Below are positions 8,886 to 16,114 of a stretch of 20,000 bases of DNA, piece after piece. The stretch comes from an uncultured virus (IMG/VR IMGVR_UViG_3300008108_000086) (lineage: Duplodnaviria; Heunggongvirae; Uroviricota; Caudoviricetes). Position numbers and translations under genes: made by a program. The stretch is from the IMG/VR virus record IMGVR_UViG_3300008108_000086; one strand, 5' to 3'. Under the pieces are notes generated by a model that saw only the letters and a program-made list of their open reading frames with translations, was not told the origin of the DNA and did no database searches. The first letter of the stretch is position 1. Each line of letters opens with the position of its first letter.

Positions 8886-8912
8886 TAATTATAAAATAAA
8901 AAAAAATAGAAG

Positions 8913-10264
8913 ATGGCATTATTAAAAATTAAACCGTTTATTATAGATGATACAAAACTCGGCCTCATCTTTTGCTAATGGTGCATTTTTAGTTGCAAAT
9001 TCTGGTGCATCATTTGCCAATTCATCGTTCATAACAGCGAATTCATCATACGCATCACAAAATACTACAGCAACCTTTGCTAATGCGGCCTTTGATGCCG
9101 CTAATGCGGCTTTTAGTCAATCCAATACTAGTGCATCATTTGCCAATGGTGCATTTGATAGAGCTAATGCTGCTTATGCACAGGCTAATAATTCCACAGA
9201 TACATGGGTAAGAACACAGGCTAATACTGCATACGATACGGCAAATTCTGCGGCATCTTTTGCTAATGGTGCTTTTGGCCAAGCAAACTCGGCCGCAAGT
9301 TTTGCTAACGGTGCTTTTATTACCGCAAACACAGCATACAATTGGGGCAATCACGCTTCCGCTGGATATGCAACAACAATTACCTGTAACATTAGATACA
9401 CTAAATGAATTGGCAGCTGCATTAGGAAATGATGCAAATTTTAGTACCACGATTACAACTACATTAGGTGTAACAAATTCATTTGCCAACGGTGCTTTTT
9501 TAAGAGCTAATGCATCCTATATCGCACAAAATACCACAGCAAGTTTTGCTAATGGTGCCTTTGATAGAGCCAATTCAGCAGCATCATTTGCTAACGGAGC
9601 ATTTGTAACTGCTAACTCAGCAGCCAGTTTTGCAAATGGTTCTTTTGTAACAGCCAACTCGGCAGCTTCGTTTGCTAATGGTGCCTTTGATAGAGCCAAT
9701 TCAAGTTATGATGTTGCAAATACAGGTGCATCGTTTGCTAACGGTGCCTTTAATCAAGCAAACTCGGCCGCAAGCTTTGCAAATGGTTCTTTTGTAACAG
9801 CCAACAGTGGTGCAACATTTGCCAATGCGGCATTTGAACGTGCCAATGCAGCCTATGCTCAGGCAAATACTGGTGGCGGTTCTAGTTCAGATACTTGGGC
9901 AAGAGCACAAGCTAATGCTGCATTTGAAACAGCAAATTCAGCTTCGAACACAGCAAATTCTTTTACAGGCAACATTGCAGTCAACATAGATAATTTTACT
10001 GGTGATGGTACGACAACAAACTTCACCATGTCTACTGCACCAACAGATGCAAACAACGTTATCATCAACGTTAACGGTGTTATTCAATTAAAACAAGCAT
10101 ATACAATAACAGCAAATTCCACAACACTTACACTTTCATCAGCACCGGCCAATGGTGCCAAGGTCGATGCGATTATATTTAAGAGTGGTGCAGTGTCTGC
10201 AACATCAGGTGGTGGAACAACAAGAGCTCAGTCTATGACTATGAGCATAATATTCGGAGGATAA
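8913..10264 (+). pseudogene. Tail fibre stalk gene split by two frameshifts (true pseudogene or sequence/assembly error)
   Basis: ATG 8913 gives MALLKIKPFIIDDT then stops at 8976-8978. ANGAF repeats continue in the +1 frame from about 8956 to ...WGNHASAGYATT (9378). After another +1 shift, PVTLDTLNELAAALGNDANF starts at 9383 and the frame runs to ...TTRAQSMTMSIIFGG stop at 10264. The ORF-track entries 8947..9408 and 9260..10264 are fragments of this gene. Confidence 0.75.
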
Positions 10265-10265
10265 A

Positions 10266-10616
10266 ATGGCAGCACCAAATTTATTAACAAGTACAACAGT
10301 AATAGGAAAGACAGCATTGTCACAATTAACCACAATAACGGCTAACGTAATTACTGTATCTAGCAATACTGTGAGTAAGTTAAACGATATTATTTTAACT
10401 AACTACACCGGATCAAACGTTACAAGTAATGTGTTAATTAATAGGAGTTCAACTACATATTATATAGGTGGTAATATAAGCGTACCTCCATATTCGACAT
10501 TAGTATTATTAGGAAAAGATTCTTCATTATATTTAGAAGAAGGAGATGTGATACAAGCAAACGTATCTGCAAACGCTAGTGTCAGTATGGCAGCAAGTTA
10601 TGAATTAATGAGTTAA
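10266..10616 (+). CDS. Small fibre adaptor protein, paralogue A2 (116 aa, MAAPN... type)
   Basis: GGAGG SD within the upstream gene end. Motifs ILTN / YYIG / VPP.STL / LEEGDVI / SYEL align with A1 and A3. Confidence 0.75.
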   Translation: MAAPNLLTSTTVIGKTALSQLTTITANVITVSSNTVSKLNDIILTNYTGSNVTSNVLINRSSTTYYIGGNISVPPYSTLVLLGKDSSLYLEEGDVIQANVSANASVSMAASYELMS

Positions 10617-10618
10617 GT

Positions 10619-11569
10619 ATGAGACAACGGTCAAATTTTGGAGTAACAGGAGCATTAATTGCAACTACCAGTATAACTAGTGGAGTATACTCCAGCGGTG
10701 ACGCTGTTATGCTTTCTAAAACCGGTGTTTGGCCGGGTAGTGTATTACCTATAACTCCAACTGTTGACTACTTAGTTGTAGCCGGTGGCGGTGGCGGAGG
10801 TGCTACACCAAATGGAACAACAAACCGTTTTGGAGGTGGTGGCGGTGCCGGAGGTTACAGGTCATCAGTAACCGGTGAGTCATCTGGTGGGGGTGCATCT
10901 GCCGAATCTGTTCTTTCAGTAACTCCCGGAACACCCATAACAGTAACGGTGGGTGGCGGTGGTGCTAAAGGAACTAACGGTAATAATTCAGTGTTAGGTA
11001 ATATTACGTCTACTGGCGGCGGCGCAGGTGGCGGCGACTCTACAACAGGTGCCGCAGGCGGTTCTGGCGGTGGTGGACATAACAATACTAATGGGGGTGC
11101 TGGTACCGCAAATCAAGGCTATGCTGGCGCAAGAGGTCAAGACACTGGCTCTCCGTACAGTACAGGCGGCGGTGGCGGTGCAGCCCAAACACCTGCTCAA
11201 CCAACCGGCGCTGGTGGTGGAGTTGGTGGTAACGGAGTTTCAAGTAGTATAACAGGTACTGCAATTTATTATGCCGGAGGTGGCGGAGGTGGCGATAGAG
11301 CTGGCGGCGGTGCTGCCGGCGGCCTCGGAGGTGGCGGCGCCGGCTCGTCCGGAACTAATGCTACTGCTGGAACAACGAATACCGGCGGTGGCGGAGGTGG
11401 ACGAGGTGACGGAGTTGATGGAAGTGCTGCCGGAGGTTCAGGTATTGTCATTGTTCGTTATTCAGACATATATCAGGCCGCATCAAGTACAACAGGTTCA
11501 CCAACTGTTACTGTTTCGGGTGGGTATAGAGTATATAAGTGGACTACTTCAGGCTCAATAACATTCTAA
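10619..11569 (+). CDS. Glycine-rich adhesin / receptor-binding protein (316 aa)
   Basis: Short N-terminal SGVYS...GVWP segment, then VDYLVVAGGGGGG...GGGGAGGY...YYAGGGGGG...NTGGGGGG...GGSGIVIVRY. The polyglycine motifs recall PGII-sandwich adhesins such as T-even gp38. Confidence 0.8.
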   Translation: MRQRSNFGVTGALIATTSITSGVYSSGDAVMLSKTGVWPGSVLPITPTVDYLVVAGGGGGGATPNGTTNRFGGGGGAGGYRSSVTGESSGGGASAESVLSVTPGTPITVTVGGGGAKGTNGNNSVLGNITSTGGGAGGGDSTTGAAGGSGGGGHNNTNGGAGTANQGYAGARGQDTGSPYSTGGGGGAAQTPAQPTGAGGGVGGNGVSSSITGTAIYYAGGGGGGDRAGGGAAGGLGGGGAGSSGTNATAGTTNTGGGGGGRGDGVDGSAAGGSGIVIVRYSDIYQAASSTTGSPTVTVSGGYRVYKWTTSGSITF

Positions 11570-11575
11570 GAGAAC

Positions 11576-11583
11576 AATAAATA
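11576..11583 (+). promoter_or_regulatory. Putative T4-type late promoter (AATAAATA)
   Basis: 7/8 match, intergenic, 26 nt before ATG 11610. Confidence 0.55.
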
Positions 11584-11609
11584 CTGATAACACAACAAAG
11601 AAAATATAA

Positions 11610-12500
11610 ATGGCATTAACAACGATATTACCATCAGGTTTAAATTCAGCGAATGATTTTTCATCGTTGGTGCCGGCTGCCTACTCTCAGGCAAATGCAG
11701 CCTTCATACAGGCTAATGCTGCGTTCATACAATCCAACGCATCTTATACTGCACAAAATACAACTGCGTTATTCGCTAATGGTGCTTTCGATGCAGCCAA
11801 CTCTGGTGCATCGTTTGCCAATGTGGCCTTTAGTCATGCTAATGCGGCATTTGCTGCAGCAAATACAGGTTCTGGTGACGCATGGGCTAGAGACCAAGCC
11901 AATGCAGGATTCTTGCAAGCCAACTCGTCTTATACTGCACAGAATATAACCGCAGCATTTGCCAACTCAGCTTTCAGTCATGCTAATGCCGCATATGCAG
12001 CTGCAAATACGGGTGGTGGTGGAGGAGGTGGTGCTTCGGTTACTGTTGGTTCAATAGCACCTTCACCTGCAGCAAACGGATATTTGTGGTATGATGACAC
12101 AACAACTGGTGAATTGTTTGTATACTCATCCAATTCTTGGGTGTCTACAAGCATTATGCCAGCCACGAACGTAAATGATCCTGCAATTACAGGACCAACA
12201 GAAGCAAACGAAGCAACAACACAGACATATACTATTTCGAATTATAATGGTGCGTATGCATATATAATTGGTGTCACAGGAGGTTCAGTAACAAGAACAA
12301 ATCAGTCTATATACTGGACAATGCCATCAGTCACAACAAATACGACACACTATATGACAACTCAGGTTGTTTCTGGAGGCGTTACATCAGCAGTAGACAC
12401 AAGAACTGTTTTGGTTGTTAATTTAAATATATCTGACGCAGCTGTTATTGTATCTGACTTTTCAAGTACATATGCAAACGTAACTTTTGGATGGGCATAA
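11610..12500 (+). CDS. Short tail fibre stalk protein (296 aa): anchor N-terminus, ANAAF repeats, GYLWYD small domain, Ig-like C-terminal domain
   Basis: MALTTILPSGLNSANDFSSLVP N-terminus is related to that of 18415. Heptad repeats. APSPAANGYLWYDDTTTGELFVYSSNSWV at about 12033-12152. Confidence 0.8.
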   Translation: MALTTILPSGLNSANDFSSLVPAAYSQANAAFIQANAAFIQSNASYTAQNTTALFANGAFDAANSGASFANVAFSHANAAFAAANTGSGDAWARDQANAGFLQANSSYTAQNITAAFANSAFSHANAAYAAANTGGGGGGGASVTVGSIAPSPAANGYLWYDDTTTGELFVYSSNSWVSTSIMPATNVNDPAITGPTEANEATTQTYTISNYNGAYAYIIGVTGGSVTRTNQSIYWTMPSVTTNTTHYMTTQVVSGGVTSAVDTRTVLVVNLNISDAAVIVSDFSSTYANVTFGWA

Positions 12501-15134
12501 ATGAAATCGAAAGCAAACGCAGTTTTTATCAGCACACCATACTCACAAGAGGTGGGTGATACAAACTGGAATGAATATCAAACGGTGATTACGGCAAATA
12601 ATAGTCCGAGTAAAATCACCATCAGAACAAGTGATACAACTAGCAATGTTTTGGCAGTGACAAGTGGTTATGCCGACTTGGTGCAAGGTTCAACAATATA
12701 TTTGAGTAATAACGGAACAACATTGACTCAAGGAATCATTGGAGCTATAACATCAGGAACAGTAAAGGCAAATACTAATACAAAATCAACAATAGTTTCA
12801 ACATGGAGTTCTAGTAGTGCCTCAAACGCTTATTTTTCATTAGGTACAACCAATTTTCCAGCTGCAAATTTCATAAAACCTGATGGAACATTGTTATGGA
12901 TAAGACAAAGTGATAGTTCTATAAAAGAATGGAAATTAAATATTCCATGGAATCCTGCAAGTGCTATTTCGACAGGAAAATCTGTTGCTCGGTTGCTAAA
13001 TGAGCAAAATCCAACGGGTGGAAATCATCAATATTGTTTTTGTTTTAGTCATGATGGAAAATATTTGTATAGATTTATTTGGGGACTGAACATAATATCC
13101 AGCTATTCCGCACTTTTGGTTAGAAATACACTATCAACACCATGGGACATATCAACATTAACAAATCATTTGGCTGAAACAAGGCCAATTAATTTTGTGG
13201 ATAATTCAACGGCCGATGGAGCTCGGGCAAACAGAACAATGAGAATTTCAAAAGATGGCACAAGAATTATAATTTTTAGTGCGTCTAATGGAACGGTGAG
13301 AACAAGCATTTTAGCAAAGCCATGGTCTATTAGTTCATACACAACAGCAATAAATGGTACCATAGCTAGCATGACCAGTGAGCAAGCAAACTATGAAGTT
13401 TCAGAAGATGGAAAAACTTGGTATGCTTGGGCGTACGGCAACACCTCGACTTTTAATTTTTATGTAGGAAGTTTTGGTACAGCATGGGATGCGTCAACAG
13501 CAGCATTAAGCAAAACTATTCCATTAAGTGGATTTGCAACACAAATGGGCGGAAGCATTGCTAGCTTGGCCGCAACCACAGGTTTCATTAGTCGAGACGG
13601 AAATTATACTTGGTTTTTGAACTTCAACACCGGTGGCGGTTTTGCAACATATAATTTGGATGCACTAGGCGGCGATGCAGCTAAAACTTACAACATAGAC
13701 ATTACAGGTTTTGGACAAACTCAATCACCAAACACTGCATGGATGCCAGCACCAAATGTTTATATTGCAACAGCACAAACAGTTCCAAAAATTTTAATGC
13801 AGCCATTTCAAATTGATTTGGACACTAGCACGCCAGCAACCACAACTACTGCTGTAGTTGGTATTGATGGCACAGGAAAATTATCGGCTGGTGATACTGT
13901 TCTTTTAGATGGAACAACTGAAGTAACATTAACTTCTGTCGTAGAGACAGCCAATGGATTGAGTGAATTAAGTCCATTGGGCACCACAGGATACATTAGA
14001 TATTATAACAAATCTTTACAAACATTAGCAGCTTCAACCGCTACGGACAGAAATATACATTCCGCAAGCAAAATGAGATTTTCGAATAACGGACACTACT
14101 TGTATGTACTTGGTGATGCAACCGCTTCATATGGATCAGGAGTATATCAATATTATTTAAACACTGCATGGGATGTATCTACCGGAAAATTTGCAGATTT
14201 TCTATATGTAGGTCCATATATGCATAATAGTAGTAGTGGATATAATAATAGTTATCAAAGTTTATCAGGTTTTGATATTAATCCCAATGGCACTTCTTTC
14301 TTTATTGCTTGGTCGGTAGACGGTGGCCAGCAAAAAAACTACAACTATATATTGTCCAAAGCACATGACCTGAATAGTGTATCACAAATTCAAGGACCAA
14401 TTGAACCCGCACCGCCAGTAACTGGCTCAACAATTCAGCACAGTTCCTGGAGATACAATCAATCTGGAAACCAACTTGCTGTTACTATGTATGCTAGTTC
14501 AACAGTATACAGGTGGTGGTATTATACATTAGGAACACCTTATGACTGGTCAACACTGAATGCAACAATTAATAGTTTAGCATCTCCTGGATCCTTACCC
14601 TCAATTGATGTTTGTTTTACACCTAGTGGAAACAATATACTAACACTTGGCCAATCAGATGCACTTAATGGTTATTTGGGTATGCAACCAAATAACGGTG
14701 GCGCAAATGGATCTTTCTTGAACGTAACTTGGAATACAAAAACTACCGCAGCAGCTAACAATGTCCAATATCCAGCAGGTTCAGGATTAACTGGAACAAC
14801 AGCACTAAGGTCCATAGATGTTTCTCCAGATGGAACACAGTTGTATGTAATGACAAAAACCGGAGTGGTTTATCAATTTGCTACAAGATTGAAAACACTA
14901 ACTAAATATGTTATAACATATCCAACTCAAGCATCAGCACCAACCAGTGTTTGGTTGCCAGGAAAAGGAATAAAACAAACATTAACTCCTCAACTGGATT
15001 CTGCAAACAACACGATTGTGTATACAAGTAATTATACTAGTGCCAATGCAAGAGTTATACAATATAAGTTAGAAGATGGACCTGGTGGGTCTGAAGTTAC
15101 TCAAGTAAGAATTAACCTAAACAAATCACAATAA
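12501..15134 (+). CDS. Large receptor-binding protein with two beta-propeller-like repeat regions (877 aa)
   Basis: About ten repeats of the form (F/I)S.DG..h(Y/W)h......L.T(P/A)WD.S(T/S), in two groups of five (about 12861-13660 and 14073-14880). Confidence 0.75.
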   Translation: MKSKANAVFISTPYSQEVGDTNWNEYQTVITANNSPSKITIRTSDTTSNVLAVTSGYADLVQGSTIYLSNNGTTLTQGIIGAITSGTVKANTNTKSTIVSTWSSSSASNAYFSLGTTNFPAANFIKPDGTLLWIRQSDSSIKEWKLNIPWNPASAISTGKSVARLLNEQNPTGGNHQYCFCFSHDGKYLYRFIWGLNIISSYSALLVRNTLSTPWDISTLTNHLAETRPINFVDNSTADGARANRTMRISKDGTRIIIFSASNGTVRTSILAKPWSISSYTTAINGTIASMTSEQANYEVSEDGKTWYAWAYGNTSTFNFYVGSFGTAWDASTAALSKTIPLSGFATQMGGSIASLAATTGFISRDGNYTWFLNFNTGGGFATYNLDALGGDAAKTYNIDITGFGQTQSPNTAWMPAPNVYIATAQTVPKILMQPFQIDLDTSTPATTTTAVVGIDGTGKLSAGDTVLLDGTTEVTLTSVVETANGLSELSPLGTTGYIRYYNKSLQTLAASTATDRNIHSASKMRFSNNGHYLYVLGDATASYGSGVYQYYLNTAWDVSTGKFADFLYVGPYMHNSSSGYNNSYQSLSGFDINPNGTSFFIAWSVDGGQQKNYNYILSKAHDLNSVSQIQGPIEPAPPVTGSTIQHSSWRYNQSGNQLAVTMYASSTVYRWWYYTLGTPYDWSTLNATINSLASPGSLPSIDVCFTPSGNNILTLGQSDALNGYLGMQPNNGGANGSFLNVTWNTKTTAAANNVQYPAGSGLTGTTALRSIDVSPDGTQLYVMTKTGVVYQFATRLKTLTKYVITYPTQASAPTSVWLPGKGIKQTLTPQLDSANNTIVYTSNYTSANARVIQYKLEDGPGGSEVTQVRINLNKSQ

Positions 15135-15514
15135 TGTTAACAAGTAAAACTGTTGAAATACAACCTCAAATGTTTAAGAAAGTTTATACTTTCTATGATG
15201 ACGTTGTTCAAGGTTATAAGGCCGAAAAGACCGAAAAAATATATAATTCTACTGTAGAATTTAATGGTTGGTTGTTTGATTCTGATGAAAAAAGCATAGG
15301 TAGAATGTCTAGGTATCTACAAATATCTAGTATCGGAATGTTAAAAGACCAATCAAATGGTATGTCAATAAATGATTCATGGCAAAAAAATTTCATTGAT
15401 AACAAAATTCAGTGGAAATTAAATGACAATACCATACAAGAAATTAGTGTTGAACAATTGTTTGAAGTTTATACTATGTGTGTTCAAAATATGTCCAACA
15501 ACTGGTTAAAATAA
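15134..15514 (+). CDS. DUF4376-like tail fibre assembly/chaperone protein (126 aa)
   Basis: VEFNGWLFDSDEKSIGRM...IQWKLNDNTIQEISVEQL matches the DUF4376 pattern (G..FD.D..S..R...W...DN....L....L). TAATG-coupled to the upstream RBP. Confidence 0.7.
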   Translation: MLTSKTVEIQPQMFKKVYTFYDDVVQGYKAEKTEKIYNSTVEFNGWLFDSDEKSIGRMSRYLQISSIGMLKDQSNGMSINDSWQKNFIDNKIQWKLNDNTIQEISVEQLFEVYTMCVQNMSNNWLK

Positions 15515-15526
15515 TAGGTAACAATC

Positions 15527-15775
15527 ATGGCTTTCCCATCAAGTCCAACAGACGGACAAACATATACACAGTTTGGAAGAACCTTTACTTATAGTAGCAC
15601 ACTGACTGCTTGGAGAACATTTAAGAATAGTGATATTGCCACACTAGGTTCAATCACAAATCTACAACTTACAGGCGGCTCAAGTAATCAAATTATAACA
15701 ACCAATGGTGCAGGCCAATTAAGTTTCATAAATCTACCAACAACTCTGGAACCATTCTTGTTAATGGGTTCGTAA
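15527..15775 (+). CDS. Mini fibre/connector protein (82 aa)
   Basis: MAFPSSPTDGQTYT..GRTFTY....AW N-terminal module, GGSSNQIITTNGAGQLSF fibre motif and hydrophobic C-terminal LEPFLLMGS. AGGT SD upstream. Confidence 0.75.
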   Translation: MAFPSSPTDGQTYTQFGRTFTYSSTLTAWRTFKNSDIATLGSITNLQLTGGSSNQIITTNGAGQLSFINLPTTLEPFLLMGS

Positions 15776-15784
15776 GGAAAAAAT

Positions 15785-16114
15785 ATGGCATCAGTATATA
15801 AAGTATTAGGACAATCAAACCCAGCTTCAGCGACAGCAACAACATTGTATACAGTACCTGCGGCTAATACAGCAGTTATTTCAACATTAAACATATGTAA
15901 TCTTTCGACTACAGGTAGTACGTTTAGATTGGCTATAAGACCTGCTGGCGCAACTCTTGCTAATACACATTATTTGGCATACGATACTCCTGTTGCAGGG
16001 TCTGATTCAATCGCACTTACGTTAGGTGTCACACTATCAGCAACAGATGTATTAACAGTATATGCAAACAATGCCTCAATGACTTTTTCAGCATTCGGTA
16101 CGGAGATTTATTAA
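15785..16114 (+). CDS. Small fibre adaptor protein, paralogue A3 (109 aa, M..YKVLGQ type)
   Basis: AAGGA SD. TTLYTVP / ICN / HYLAYD / DVLTV / GTEI motifs align with A1 and A2. Confidence 0.75.
   Translation: MASVYKVLGQSNPASATATTLYTVPAANTAVISTLNICNLSTTGSTFRLAIRPAGATLANTHYLAYDTPVAGSDSIALTLGVTLSATDVLTVYANNASMTFSAFGTEIY

Noticed and set aside
8854..8912. Rho-independent terminators in intergenic gaps (730-775, 8403-8436, 8854-8912, 11570-11609)
   Set aside because: No GC-rich hairpin followed by a T-run could be found by eye.
8947..9408. 8947..9408 and 9260..10264 as two independent genes
   Set aside because: Neither start has a convincing SD. The first 40 aa of 9260 and the last ~9 aa of 8947..9408 are out-of-frame nonsense, and the natural start after the late promoter is ATG 8913.
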